From Acidimicrobiia bacterium (lineage in GTDB: Bacteria > Actinomycetota > Acidimicrobiia > Spongiisociales > ZC4RG35): 64,000 nt of DNA. This document shows, piece after piece, positions 40,801 to 50,234 of this stretch; position 1 is the stretch's first letter, and every line of letters starts with the position of its first letter. A model generated the notes under the pieces. The model searched no databases, was not told the DNA's origin, and saw only the letters and a list, made by a program, of their open reading frames with translations. Where the stretch lies: positions 1,311,569 through 1,375,568 of the forward strand of contig OZ244034.1 in assembly GCA_965215185.1 (NCBI GenBank), written 5' to 3'. The translations under genes were made by a program, and so were the position numbers.

Positions 40801-41317
40801 TCCGTGCCGCGGTATTCGGGTCGAAGACCTCCCGGCTGCCGCCTTCCTCGGTGACCAGGCCCGGCGCCAGATGCGAGGAGACCTCTCCGCTCAAACACCC
40901 CGATGTGGCAATGATCCCTTCGGCGTGGGCCGCCAGCAGCTCTCGGTCGGCTCGAGGCTTGTACCAATAGCCATCCAAAAAGGCCTTGCTGCTGATCTCG
41001 ATCAAGTTGTGATAGCCGATGTCGTTGTGGGCTAGGAGGGTGATATGGTGGCGGACGTTTTGCCCTCCGGTCGGGCGGTCGAACCGCGACCCCGGCGTGA
41101 TATAGGCCTCCATGCCCAGAATGGGTTTGATCCCCGCCTCCAGCGCCGCCCGATAAAACTCCACTGCCCCATAGAGGACCCCATGATCGGTCATCGCTAC
41201 CGCCGGCTGGCGGTCGGCGGCTACCGCCGCCATGATCTCCCCCACCCGGGCGGCGCCATCCAACATGGAGTATTCAGTGTGCAGGTGAAGATGGGCGAAA
41301 CTTTCCGAGCCGCTCAT
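37814..41317 (-). CDS. dnaE: DNA polymerase III alpha subunit
   Basis: PHP-domain start FAHLHLHTEYSMLDGAARV at the internal ATG 41317. Full polymerase core, OB fold and C-terminus follow. The 234-aa upstream extension of the ORF is spurious. Confidence 0.95.
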   Translation of the reverse strand: MSGSESFAHLHLHTEYSMLDGAARVGEIMAAVAADRQPAVAMTDHGVLYGAVEFYRAALEAGIKPILGMEAYITPGSRFDRPTGGQNVRHHITLLAHNDIGYHNLIEISSKAFLDGYWYKPRADRELLAAHAEGIIATSGCLSGEVSSHLAPGLVTEEGGSREVFDPNTAARTAAEYQDIFGRENYFIEIMDHNLPQQRGLLPELVKLAKRVGAPLLATNDSHYTRPDEAETHDVLLCINTGSNLSDENRLRFGTQEFYIKPASSMRELFPADLYPGACDNTLRVAERVDVRMEMGKLLLPDFPTPAGRTHSSYLQDLVWEGARKRYAGQVSTAVSERIHYELGVIAEMGFETYFLIIWDLIREARHRGIRTGPGRGSAAGSMVSYCLEITQIDPLEYGLIFERFLNPGRAAMPDIDIDFDERYRGEIIEYVRERYGSDHVAQIVTFATIKGKQAIRDAARVYGYEYRVGDQLAKQMPSAILGKEPSLNQCLNAPPPNSDGIVKDWYANAAGLREFYNTDPDARKVIDAARGLEGLRRQDSIHAAGVVISPVPMTELVPVQQKGKNAEVVTQYEMGAVEELGLLKMDFLGLRNLSTIERTLDLVEEATGHRPDVDHIPLNDPATFKLLQAAQTIGVFQLEGEQMRTLIQRLRPDRFDDVVALVALYRPGPMGANMHNLYADRKTGRASVEPLHPTLTDLLDSTYQILVYQEQVMEVSRTMAGYTMEEADNLRKAMGKKIQAVMDAEEEKFVEGCVSQGYDRSTGRELFGLISHFAGYGFNKSHSACYGLIAYQTAYLKANHPAEYMAALLTSSKSNRDRTAMYLRECRRMGLSVKVPDVNESGMDYVVRSGSIRVGLSAIRNLGESVAEKIIEAREEKGHFRSFVDFCEKVAVEALRRNTLDSLVKAGGFDGLGHTRRGLTEVLALIVDSVVDRRRSEESGQFSLFGGGGLPDLTLPDISDRQWDKQVRLGFEKEMLGLYLSDHPLAEKARDLRAAADAVTTALEDYPDQSKVKVAGLIVKAVTKWTRKGDRMMVLTMEDLEGETEVVVFPQVVKRSGDILAVDQMVVISGRVDRREDGVQLICAKVQLLQPAPPSLDISLSMSFVSERDNAHKLREVLRRYPGAKRVVFHIKESGAHFYTSKPKVSGDPQMVAELQQLLGADSVVA

Positions 41318-42156
41318 ATCACCAGAATGCTCCCTCCCAGGATGATTGCCGCGACTACCGCCAGCACCCCCACCGCCAACGCCGAAACCGTCAGCGCCAG
41401 GACGCGGTGACCACGCCGACGCTGTGCAGACCACAAGAACCCGATGAGCAGTCCGCCGACCAGTCCTCCCAGGTGAGCCTCCCAGGCAATGTTGGGAAGG
41501 ATCAATGGAAGGGCAAAGTTGATGGCCAGCAGTATCCCCATTTGTGAAAGGATCCGTCTGCCGAAATAGGTGTGGCGCAGCCGGTAGGCACCGGCCAGCC
41601 ACACCCCGAACAGACCGAAAATGGCGCCAGAAGCGCCGATGGAGACGGTGAGAGGATGCGAGAACCAGTAGACGAACAAGCTTCCCGCCGCCGCCGAGGA
41701 AAGGTAGATCACCAGAAACGGCGCCGCCCCCGACTCTCGCTCGATCTGGGGGCCGAAAACATACAGCGCCCACATGTTGAACAGGATGTGCAACATCGAC
41801 CCATGGAGCAGTACCGCGGTGATCATCCTCCACCACTGTCCGACCGAGACTCCCAGGTTCCACATGGCCAACTCGTTGATCAGCTCGTTTTCGAGTCCCG
41901 GCCACAGCCAACCGATCACATAGACCGAGCCGGTTATCACCAGCAAAACGGTGGTAACCGGCGGAAGCCCCGTCCGGCTCTTCACACTGCGGATGTTGCG
42001 TTGAGCCTGCCCCATACATTCAGGGCACTTCTGCCCCACCGCGGCATCGCGTGAACAGGATGTGCAAATGGGACGATCACAACCGCTGCACGCCAGCCGG
42101 GTGGGGCGTCCGGGGTGCCGATAACAGTGAGCAGCGGCCGAATGGTCGGAAGTCAA
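41314..42156 (-). CDS. rhomboid-family intramembrane serine protease with N-terminal zinc-ribbon
   Basis: CxxC...CxxC ribbon. Rhomboid core GASGAIFGL (GxSG) and AHLGGLVGG (His). ATGA overlap with the dnaE start. Confidence 0.8.
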   Translation of the reverse strand: MTSDHSAAAHCYRHPGRPTRLACSGCDRPICTSCSRDAAVGQKCPECMGQAQRNIRSVKSRTGLPPVTTVLLVITGSVYVIGWLWPGLENELINELAMWNLGVSVGQWWRMITAVLLHGSMLHILFNMWALYVFGPQIERESGAAPFLVIYLSSAAAGSLFVYWFSHPLTVSIGASGAIFGLFGVWLAGAYRLRHTYFGRRILSQMGILLAINFALPLILPNIAWEAHLGGLVGGLLIGFLWSAQRRRGHRVLALTVSALAVGVLAVVAAIILGGSILVI

Positions 42157-42175
42157 AACAACACCGAGAGTAACT

Positions 42176-43144
42176 CTATCCCGCAGACAACCTGTCCACC
42201 ATGATGCGGAGTCCCTCGGGGAGAGGCGACTGGTTCTCCATCAACCGGGACGGATCAATTGGGTGCTGAAAAGTCAGTTCGGAAGCGTGCAGCCACATGC
42301 GGTCGGCCCCCAGCGGATCGGGCCTGCCGCTGTACAGCCGGTCCCCCACCACCGGACGGCCGATGGAGGAGAAATGCACTCGGATCTGGTGGGTGCGACC
42401 CGTCTCCAGCTCAACTTGCAAGAGGGAGAGCCGCGGGTTTTTCCAATGACCGATCACCCGATAGCGGGTGAGGGCGTATCGGCCGCCTGCCACCACTGCT
42501 CTCTTCCCTCTCCGGCGAGGATCCGGACCAAGGGGAGCCTCCACTGCTCCGTGGGTGGTCTCCATCGCCCCATGCACCAACGCCAAGTAGCGGCGTTTGA
42601 TCTCTCGGCGGCGCAGTGCGGCCACCAATTCGGTGTAGGCCCGCGGGGAGAGAGCGGCAACCAGCAACCCGGAGGTGTCCCGATCGAGGCGATGGACTAT
42701 CCCCCATCTGACCGGCTGTCCCACCCCCTCGATCTGTGGATACCGATGTAACAACCCGGCCGCCAGGGTTCCACCCTGCCCGGGCACCACGGAACCAGGA
42801 TGGGTTATCACTCCAACCGGCTTGACGACCACCGCCAGATCTTCGTCCTCATAGACCACCTCGAAGTCGACCTGCTCGGGCCGAAGTCTTCTCTCCGGGG
42901 GGTCGCCCAGCCATAACGTCATTCCCGTCTCCACCCGTTGGGAAGGCTTCAAGGCTCCGCTCAGGGCGCGAGCGCGGCCCGTATCGATCAGACTGCGAGA
43001 GATTGAACGACTCACTCCCAGGAGAGACGAAACCACCCGATCCGCCCGTTCCCCTCCCAGGGACTCAGGGACTGTCCACTCCCGAAGCTCACCCGACCCC
43101 GACGGCAGGTGCGCCGGCTGAGAGTCAGGAGCGGGAGGAGGCAA
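42176..43144 (-). CDS. RluA-family pseudouridine synthase (RluD-like)
   Basis: S4-like N-terminus and the HRLDRDTSGLLVAA catalytic Asp motif. Confidence 0.85.
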   Translation of the reverse strand: MPPPAPDSQPAHLPSGSGELREWTVPESLGGERADRVVSSLLGVSRSISRSLIDTGRARALSGALKPSQRVETGMTLWLGDPPERRLRPEQVDFEVVYEDEDLAVVVKPVGVITHPGSVVPGQGGTLAAGLLHRYPQIEGVGQPVRWGIVHRLDRDTSGLLVAALSPRAYTELVAALRRREIKRRYLALVHGAMETTHGAVEAPLGPDPRRRGKRAVVAGGRYALTRYRVIGHWKNPRLSLLQVELETGRTHQIRVHFSSIGRPVVGDRLYSGRPDPLGADRMWLHASELTFQHPIDPSRLMENQSPLPEGLRIMVDRLSAG

Positions 43145-43622
43145 GACTCTGACGGAAGGAGGACAGTACCACCAACCCCACCCCCACCGTGAGAGCGGCG
43201 TCCGCCATGTTGAAAACCGGAAAGTTCGGAACCTGTATCCAGTCCACCACTTTTCCGCTCAGCAGACCGTCCCCTCGCGAGGCTCGATCCACCAGGTTCC
43301 CCACCGCCCCACCCATCACCAATCCCAGCCCGATCACTTCGGAACCCGGACGAGGGGTTCGCAAAGCCCACCCGATCACTCCCACCGCTCCCGCCGCCGC
43401 CAAACCCAGCCACACCCCGGCGTCCTGAAACATCGAAAAGGCTGATCCGGGATTCTCCACATAGGTAAACCACAGCAGATCGGGGACCACCTCCACTCGC
43501 TCGGATTCGAAGCTGCTCTCCGCCCAACGCTTGCTGATCTGATCAACCGCTACCACCGTGGCGGCCGCCCCCACCGCTAGAGCGAAGGTGGTCATCAGTT
43601 TCGGACGGCGCACTCTATACAA
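43125..43622 (-). CDS. lspA: lipoprotein signal peptidase (signal peptidase II)
   Basis: NPGSAFS ... VVDWIQVPNFPVFNMADAALTVG LspA motifs. Confidence 0.85.
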   Translation of the reverse strand: MYRVRRPKLMTTFALAVGAAATVVAVDQISKRWAESSFESERVEVVPDLLWFTYVENPGSAFSMFQDAGVWLGLAAAGAVGVIGWALRTPRPGSEVIGLGLVMGGAVGNLVDRASRGDGLLSGKVVDWIQVPNFPVFNMADAALTVGVGLVVLSSFRQSLASSRS

Positions 43623-43972
43623 CTATCCACATAAGGGAGATAACGTAGTCGAGCCACGGGAACCGGCTTTCCGCACATGTCGCAGTCACCGTATTCGTTG
43701 CGGTCCATTTTGGCCAAGGCATATTTAATTTTTTCCAACAACAGAAAGGCGTTACGTTCCAGTGACATCTGCGTCTCGTAGTCGGTGGCGGCGGCGCCGG
43801 CTTCGGCGCTGGCAGGATCGGGACTTCGTTCCCCCGCTCCTTCAGCCATTCTGGCCTCCTCCATAGCCTGGTTGTAGCCTCCGATCAACTCCGTGATCCG
43901 TGCTCTCTCCGACTCAAGACGAGCGCGAAGTAGGGCGATGGTCTTATCATGTAACAACCGGGCCATTTGCAC
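43595..43972 (-). CDS. TraR/DksA-family C4 zinc-finger regulator
   Basis: C-terminal CDMCGKPVPVARLRYLPYVDSCIEC four-Cys finger. N-terminal coiled coil. Confidence 0.75.
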   Translation of the reverse strand: MQMARLLHDKTIALLRARLESERARITELIGGYNQAMEEARMAEGAGERSPDPASAEAGAAATDYETQMSLERNAFLLLEKIKYALAKMDRNEYGDCDMCGKPVPVARLRYLPYVDSCIECAVRN

Positions 43973-43996
43973 TCCTCTCAGTGCCCAAATACCGGA

Positions 43997-44284
43997 TTAG
44001 AGACTATCGCGTCGGCGCGTGAATTCCACTTCTTTCCGGCGGGAAGTATGTCCCGACACCACTTGTGCTCTCATCCCCAAGGCTCCGGACAGGAGTTTCT
44101 CGACCGCCCGGTTGGCCTTTCCCCGTTCCGGCGGAGCCGTGACCCGTACTTTCACCGAGTCTCCATGCAGACCATCCACCCGACTGCGCGACGAGCCGGG
44201 CCCCACCCACACCCGCAGACGATATTTTTCTCCAACCGTGCGAACCGCCGGCGCCCAGCTATCGGGAAACGTCTGCATGCCCAT
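43997..44284 (-). CDS. DUF167 (YggU-family) protein
   Basis: LRVWVGPGSSRSRVDGLHGDSVKVRVTAPPERGKANRAVEKLLSGALGMRAQVVSGHTSRRKEVEF matches the DUF167 pattern (GKANxAL...TSRxKxV). Confidence 0.7.
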   Translation of the reverse strand: MGMQTFPDSWAPAVRTVGEKYRLRVWVGPGSSRSRVDGLHGDSVKVRVTAPPERGKANRAVEKLLSGALGMRAQVVSGHTSRRKEVEFTRRRDSL

Positions 44285-44332
44285 TCTGCAAATGTACCAT
44301 TCGGCTTTTCCAAACCACTTCGAATCGAGAAT

Positions 44333-47300
44333 ATGCCGTCATCCGATTTTACCCGCATTCCCCCCCAAGTGAATCTTCCCGAACTCGACGCCGAGGTGTC
44401 ACGGATCTGGAAACAAACCGACGCCTTCGTCGAGTCGATCCGGCGCCGACCCGCCGACCGCGAGTACACGTTCTATGACGGCCCACCCTTTACCACCGGT
44501 TCGCCCCACTACGGAAACCTGCTGGCGGGCGTGATCAAGGACATTGTCCCCAGATACTGGACAATGAGAGGCTATCGCATCGAACGCCGTTTCGGATGGG
44601 ACACGCATGGGTTGCCGGTGGAGATGGAAGTGCAGAAACAGTTGGGTATCAGCGGTCCCCATGAGATAAACAAGTTGGGAATCGACCGCTTCAACGAGGC
44701 CTGTCGAAACTTGGTGGAGCGGACCACCGAGGAGTGGGAAGAAGTAACCGGGCGGATCGGACGGTGGGTGGACTTCCGAAACGACTACAAGACCATGGAC
44801 CCCGACTTCATGGAGAGCGTTTGGTGGGTGTTCAAGCAGTTGTGGAACAAGGGCTTGATCTACCGCGACTTCAAGGTGCTTCCCTACTCATGGGCATGTT
44901 CCACGCCGCTCTCCAACTTCGAAATGAACCTCGGCGGGTACAAGGAAGTAGACGACCCTTCCATAACCGTCAAGTTAAGAGTTATAGAAGGAGGGGGGCC
45001 TGTGCAGACAGGTGACTATCTCCTGATCTGGACCACCACGCCCTGGACCCTACCGGGCAATCTGGCGGTGGCGGTGGCGCCTGACCTGATGTATGCGGCC
45101 ATTCCCCACAACGGGGCGCGGTATTGGGCTGCCACCGAACTTATCTCGGCCGTGTGGGACGATCCCCCGGCGCCAGTGGCCGAGGCTCGAGGCTCCGAGT
45201 TGGTCGGCAGTCGCTATGAGCCGCCCTTCTCCTATTTTCAGCATCTTGCCTCCGATGGTGCTTTCGTGGTGGTGCCATCTGAAGATGTGACCGCCGAGGA
45301 GGGAACCGGACTGGTGCATATGGCGCCTGCGTACGGGGAGGCCGACTTCAATACTTTCGCGGCCAATGGCCTGAACCTGATGGTGGATCCCGTCGACGCC
45401 GAGGGGCGCTTCACCGACCAGGTACCGGAAGTGGCCGGGCAGAACGTGAAAGACGCCGACCGTACTCTGATGCGCCTGCTGGCCGACTCCGGCAAACTGG
45501 TGCGCCGGGAACGCATCCGCCACTCCTATCCCTTCTGCTACCGCACCGACACGCCCCTCATCTACAAGGCGATTCCCACCTGGTTCGTGAAAGTGTCGGA
45601 ATTTCGCGACAGGTTGGTGGAACACAACAAGCGCATCCATTGGGTCCCCCAATACGTGGGTGAACGCCGTTTCGGCAACTGGCTGAGCGACGCTCGAGAT
45701 TGGGCGATCAGCCGAAACCGCTACTGGGGATCGTGTATACCGGTCTGGGAATGTGCGCAATGTGGCGCCGAGGAGTGCATCGGGTCACTCGACGAACTTG
45801 AGGCGCACTCTGGACAGCGGCCGACGGACCTTCACAAACACATCGTGGATCTAATAACTTTTGCATGTTCGGCGCCTGGGTGCGAAGGGGTGATGCGTCG
45901 GGTTCCCGAGGTGTTGGACTGTTGGTTCGAGTCGGGATCCATGCCATATGGGCAGCAGCACTACCCGTTTGAGAATCGGGAGCGTTTCGAGAAAAACTTC
46001 CCCGCCCACTTCATCGCCGAAGGGCTTGATCAGACCCGCGGCTGGTTCTACACCCTCCACATCCTTGCTGCGGCGCTCTTCGACCGGCCGGCCTTCTCCA
46101 ACTGCGTCGTCAACGGGATGCTGCTCGCCGCCGACGGTCGGAAAATGTCCAAGAGCCTCAAGAACTACCCCGATCCGATGGAGATTCTGGACAAATTCGG
46201 CGCCGACGCGTTGCGCGCCTACCTGATCAACTCCCCGGTGCTCAGGGCGGAGCCGCTTCTCTTCTCCGAGAAGGGGGTCAAAGAGGTAGTGCGAACCGTG
46301 CTGCTTCCTCTTTGGAACACCTTTTCGTTTTTCACGACCTACGCCCAAGCGGACAGAATCGGGCTATCCGATATAGCCGCTGCTCCCCCACCTGCCGAAC
46401 GGCCCGCTTTGGACCGCTGGGTGCTCTCGATGCTGCAAAGCCTCATCACCGAGGTGCGCCACCAAATGGATGGCTATTACCTGTACGCAGTGATCCCTCC
46501 CATCCTCGGGTTTATCGATCATCTCACCAACTGGTACGTCCGTCGATCCCGGAGGCGCTTTTGGAGAAGTCGCGGGGAGGACGACGCCGACAAACTGGCC
46601 GCCTTCGCCACCCTGTACGAGGTGTTGGTCACTTTCTCGGAAGTGCTGGCGCCGGTGCTGCCGTTCATCACCGAGAAGATCTACCAAACCCTGGTGGCCT
46701 CCTGCGACGTTTCAGCGGCGCCCAGCATCCATCTTCGCGACTTTCCCGAACCTCAGCCCGAACGAATCGACTCCGGATTGGAGGAGGGTATGGCACTGGC
46801 CCGGACTGCGGTGAGGCTCGCCCATGCCCTCCGCAAACAGCACAACCTCCGCGTACGCCAACCGCTGGGAACGCTCACCGTGAACCTGGCCACCAGCCAC
46901 CGCGCAGAGACCCTGCAAGCCCTCTCCGATTTGGTCCAAAACGAAGTGAATGTCCGCTCTCTTCGGGTAGTTAGCGGCGAAGAGCCAACCGTACAGCTAT
47001 CCGTCAACGCCGACTTTCGCCGACTCGGGCCCCGGCTGGGCGCCCGTACCCCACAAGTGGCCCGGGCCATACAAGGCCTGAGCAAGACTGAAATCCAGAG
47101 CCTGCTGGACGGTGAAGTCATCAAAGTGGCAAAGACGGACATCAGCGTTGAGGACGTGGTGGTGCGCCGCCGGGCTCCGGAGGGAACCGCGATCGCCGTC
47201 GAAGACGACCTGACCGTCACCTTGGACATCGATTTGACCGAGGAGCTGCTGGCCGAGGGAGTGGCCAGGGAAATTACTGCCCGCCTTCAGCAGTTGCGAC

Positions 47301-47524
47301 GAGAGCGCAAGCTTCGGGTCACCGACCGCATCACCTTGATTTGGAATTCCCATCATCCGGCTGTAGTCGCCGCTATACAGGTTCACGGAGAAATGATCGC
47401 CGCGGAACTATTGGCGACCGTGTTTGAGCAAGGACCGGCCGAAACCGAACTGCAAGTGGGAAACTACCTTCTTTCGGTCACAATGGACGTTGTCTCGGAC
47501 CTCACCACCCCCCACCAGGGGTAG
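44333..47524 (+). CDS. ileS: isoleucyl-tRNA synthetase
   Basis: Class I HIGH motif (SPHYGNLLAG) and KMSKS (GRKMSKSLKN). Editing and anticodon-binding domains present. True start is the internal ATG 44333; the upstream 122 aa of the ORF overlaps the DUF167 gene on the other strand. Confidence 0.95.
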   Translation: MPSSDFTRIPPQVNLPELDAEVSRIWKQTDAFVESIRRRPADREYTFYDGPPFTTGSPHYGNLLAGVIKDIVPRYWTMRGYRIERRFGWDTHGLPVEMEVQKQLGISGPHEINKLGIDRFNEACRNLVERTTEEWEEVTGRIGRWVDFRNDYKTMDPDFMESVWWVFKQLWNKGLIYRDFKVLPYSWACSTPLSNFEMNLGGYKEVDDPSITVKLRVIEGGGPVQTGDYLLIWTTTPWTLPGNLAVAVAPDLMYAAIPHNGARYWAATELISAVWDDPPAPVAEARGSELVGSRYEPPFSYFQHLASDGAFVVVPSEDVTAEEGTGLVHMAPAYGEADFNTFAANGLNLMVDPVDAEGRFTDQVPEVAGQNVKDADRTLMRLLADSGKLVRRERIRHSYPFCYRTDTPLIYKAIPTWFVKVSEFRDRLVEHNKRIHWVPQYVGERRFGNWLSDARDWAISRNRYWGSCIPVWECAQCGAEECIGSLDELEAHSGQRPTDLHKHIVDLITFACSAPGCEGVMRRVPEVLDCWFESGSMPYGQQHYPFENRERFEKNFPAHFIAEGLDQTRGWFYTLHILAAALFDRPAFSNCVVNGMLLAADGRKMSKSLKNYPDPMEILDKFGADALRAYLINSPVLRAEPLLFSEKGVKEVVRTVLLPLWNTFSFFTTYAQADRIGLSDIAAAPPPAERPALDRWVLSMLQSLITEVRHQMDGYYLYAVIPPILGFIDHLTNWYVRRSRRRFWRSRGEDDADKLAAFATLYEVLVTFSEVLAPVLPFITEKIYQTLVASCDVSAAPSIHLRDFPEPQPERIDSGLEEGMALARTAVRLAHALRKQHNLRVRQPLGTLTVNLATSHRAETLQALSDLVQNEVNVRSLRVVSGEEPTVQLSVNADFRRLGPRLGARTPQVARAIQGLSKTEIQSLLDGEVIKVAKTDISVEDVVVRRRAPEGTAIAVEDDLTVTLDIDLTEELLAEGVAREITARLQQLRRERKLRVTDRITLIWNSHHPAVVAAIQVHGEMIAAELLATVFEQGPAETELQVGNYLLSVTMDVVSDLTTPHQG

Positions 47525-47526
47525 GC

Positions 47527-48084
47527 CTACAGTAGGGCTCGAATCTGGGAGGCGGCGTCGTCCAACTCTGTTATGTGGTCGTCCATAGCACCCGGCACAC
47601 CGCTCAAGCTGGACTTCACCACCAAAAGAACTATCCGGTATCGCTCAATCTCGGCCAGCATAAGTTGCGCGGCCCGTTCTCTTTTGCGATCTAATTCCCC
47701 CAAAGATATGGTGGAGGCCCCCGCACGGGCATCCTGAGGCGACGGCCGTGGTTGGGCCAATCCGGCGGTTTCGTTGCGAGCAGCAGCTACCAACTGGGAT
47801 GCGCTCTCTTGGGCTTCCTCAATGATCCGACGGGATTCCGTACGGGCCTGCGACAGCACCCGGGCAGCATCCTCATTGTCGGCCGCCGGGACTCCCCTCT
47901 TCACTTGGGCGATGATCCTGTCTCGTTCGGCCAAGAGTTCGTCATACTCTTTGAGCGAAAGCGCCACTTCGTCTAGGAACTCATCAACGTCTTCGAGGTG
48001 GTAACCGCGCAATGCAGTGCGGAAGAACTTTTCTTGGATGTCATCAGGGGTGAGGGGCATATTAAACCAATCTGTTGGCCACAA
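47527..48084 (-). CDS. divIVA: DivIVA-domain cell-division/polar growth protein
   Basis: MPLTPDDIQEKFFRTALRGYHLEDVDEFLDEV is the DivIVA N-terminal domain. Confidence 0.85.
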   Translation of the reverse strand: MWPTDWFNMPLTPDDIQEKFFRTALRGYHLEDVDEFLDEVALSLKEYDELLAERDRIIAQVKRGVPAADNEDAARVLSQARTESRRIIEEAQESASQLVAAARNETAGLAQPRPSPQDARAGASTISLGELDRKRERAAQLMLAEIERYRIVLLVVKSSLSGVPGAMDDHITELDDAASQIRALL

Positions 48085-48171
48085 CTCTGGGACTAATTAT
48101 AAAATCGCCTCGGGACCCAAGACAACAACCTCTCTCGGATCCTCAAGGCAGAGTCAGTGAGGGTATGGACT

Positions 48172-48426
48172 TCAGCAGAGAATACCTTGCACCAAATAGA
48201 TGATGAGGAGCAGAGCCAAGGGAGAAAGATCGACTCCCACCGCACCTATGCGAACGGGGGGCAACACGTTGCGAATGCGCCTCAACATTGGATTGATCAG
48301 CCGATCAAAGAGGTCTTTCACAGCGCGCAGAGGATGACCCTCAGAGGTGGGTATCCAGCTGAGTACCACCCAGATCAACACCACCCATCTGGCCATAATA
48401 AGCAACTGACATAAAAGCAAGGTCAT
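48172..48426 (-). CDS. YggT-family membrane protein
   Basis: 84-aa two-TM protein in the conserved sepF-yggT-divIVA position. Confidence 0.7.
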   Translation of the reverse strand: MTLLLCQLLIMARWVVLIWVVLSWIPTSEGHPLRAVKDLFDRLINPMLRRIRNVLPPVRIGAVGVDLSPLALLLIIYLVQGILC

Positions 48427-48451
48427 AGCAGTCTGCCGTTTAGTCCCTTTG

Positions 48452-48961
48452 TCAAGTATTGATAGAGGACGGCCACATCCCGATTTTGGCCAAGCGCATC
48501 TTCTCGCTGGCTGAAACTGTGACTCTCGGCGGCTTGACCATCACCAACCCGTCGCCCACCTGGTTGACCTCACCCTGGTTGTAGCTGATCAGACCGGTCG
48601 CATAGTAGACAACCCCCTGGGCCACCTCCGTGGAAAGGAACCGCAAATCCAACATCACCGGAACCCCCGCCCTGTACCAAGAGGTGAGATGTGGACAATC
48701 CTGAAAGCCGTCTACCTGCAGAATCTCGGTCTCCACATCAACAGGAGAGGGCTTGGAGCGCTCTCTCAGCGTCAAAGGCGCCTCGGTTCGCAGCATCGAG
48801 GAGGACGAGGGCGGGTCCATCGGATTGCTGGAGATCAGACGAACGTTGCCCGAGGAGGTGGGGGTCGCCGGCGAGGTCATTGCGGGAGACGGCGTCCAAG
48901 CGTCCTCGTCTTCCACCAGCCCCAAGAAGTCCCACACTTTACCCATGATGTTGTCACTCAT
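48452..48961 (-). CDS. sepF: cell division protein SepF
   Basis: MGKVWDFLGLVEDED N-terminus and the C-terminal SepF domain (GVPVMLDLRFL...VVYYATGLISYNQGEV). Confidence 0.85.
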   Translation of the reverse strand: MSDNIMGKVWDFLGLVEDEDAWTPSPAMTSPATPTSSGNVRLISSNPMDPPSSSSMLRTEAPLTLRERSKPSPVDVETEILQVDGFQDCPHLTSWYRAGVPVMLDLRFLSTEVAQGVVYYATGLISYNQGEVNQVGDGLVMVKPPRVTVSASEKMRLAKIGMWPSSINT

Positions 48962-48963
48962 GA

Positions 48964-49623
48964 TTATTCACCAAAGACAGCTCGGCCCACGCGCACCATG
49001 GTAGCCCCTTCCTCTACTGCTACCTGGTAATCCTCTGTCATCCCCATCGATAGCTCCTTCACCGCGGGATATCGGGCGCTAACCTGCTCGGACAATTGGC
49101 GAAGACGTCGGAAAAAGGGGCGGGCCTGCTCGGAATGATCCACCCTGGGCGCCATGGCCATCAGGCCCCGCACTTGCGCACCCTCTTCCTGAACCGTGTG
49201 CACTAACTGCTCAAGCTGCTCGGGTGCCACCCCGTGCTTTTGGGGCTCATTGCCGATATTTACCTGAGCCAGGGCAGGTATTTGCGAGGACCCGGTGCGG
49301 GCCCAAACCCGAGCCAGACTCGGTCTATCCATAGAGTGGAGAAGGGCAACCGTCGAACGAACCATTCTCACCTTGTTGGTTTGCAGGTGACCCACAAAAT
49401 GCCAACGAATGTCACTGGGTAACTCCCCCACCTTGGAGATCAGTTCCTGTGCCCGGTTTTCACCGAAGTCCCTTACTCCTTGATCGTAGAGTTTCCTGAT
49501 CTCAGGTACCCCTCGACCTTTGGTAATCACTATAAGGGTTACATCCTCAGGCCGCCGGCCCACCTTACTCGCCGCCTCGGCCACCTTTTCCAAGACCCGG
49601 TTGTAGCTCATTGGGCAATCCAA
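48964..49623 (-). CDS. YggS-family PLP-binding protein
   Basis: TLIVITKGR (PLP Lys) and FVGHLQTNKVRMV motifs. Confidence 0.85.
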   Translation of the reverse strand: MDCPMSYNRVLEKVAEAASKVGRRPEDVTLIVITKGRGVPEIRKLYDQGVRDFGENRAQELISKVGELPSDIRWHFVGHLQTNKVRMVRSTVALLHSMDRPSLARVWARTGSSQIPALAQVNIGNEPQKHGVAPEQLEQLVHTVQEEGAQVRGLMAMAPRVDHSEQARPFFRRLRQLSEQVSARYPAVKELSMGMTEDYQVAVEEGATMVRVGRAVFGE

Positions 49624-50234
49624 CCCAATGCCGCCATCCGGCGGGGAGTGCCGTCACGGCGGTGGGAGAAACTGCCCGGTTGGTGGAGAGTGCATCTTTG
49701 GGACCACCAGATCGGAAGGTCGCCGAGTTGCTCTGCCACCGCCCCGCCCAAATCAACAGACGGTCGTCCCTGCCGGGAAAGGGTGACCTGCGGAAGGAAT
49801 CGGCGAGCCACCTGGGGGCCAACCTCAAAACAACACGGCCCGATGAAAGGACCCACCGCCGCCCAGTCAAGGTTGAGTCCCACCGACCGCATCGCCTTCA
49901 CCATGCCACCAACCACCCCCGCCGCGATCCCCCGCCATCCGGCATGGGCCACTCCCACTCCCGCGGTTCCGCCCACCACCACCGCCACACAGTCAGCGGT
50001 CACCACCGCTACCACCAGCCCGGAAACCCTGGTGAACAGCGCATCCGCTTCCATCCCCACCGGGCCCGGACCCTCCACCTCCACCACCCGGTTTCCATGC
50101 ACCTGATGGACGGTGGCCCACTCTGCAGAAACACCCAACGCAGCGGAAACCACCCCCCGGTTCGCCTGCTCCCGTTGATCTCCATCGGACTCAATGGTAA
50201 AAGCCGCTCCTGGCCACGGAAGAGGTTGGATCAT
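49608..50234 (-). CDS. YfiH/PgeF-family (DUF152, laccase-domain) protein
   Basis: TVHQVHGNRVVEV ... EADALFT ... VVTADCVAV ... VAHAGWRG motifs. Confidence 0.8.
   Translation of the reverse strand: MIQPLPWPGAAFTIESDGDQREQANRGVVSAALGVSAEWATVHQVHGNRVVEVEGPGPVGMEADALFTRVSGLVVAVVTADCVAVVVGGTAGVGVAHAGWRGIAAGVVGGMVKAMRSVGLNLDWAAVGPFIGPCCFEVGPQVARRFLPQVTLSRQGRPSVDLGGAVAEQLGDLPIWWSQRCTLHQPGSFSHRRDGTPRRMAALGWIAQ

Noticed and set aside
43980-44332. Possible T-box leader upstream of ileS
   Set aside because: No AAnnnGGGTGGnACCGCG T-box consensus found. The region is occupied by the DUF167 gene on the opposite strand.
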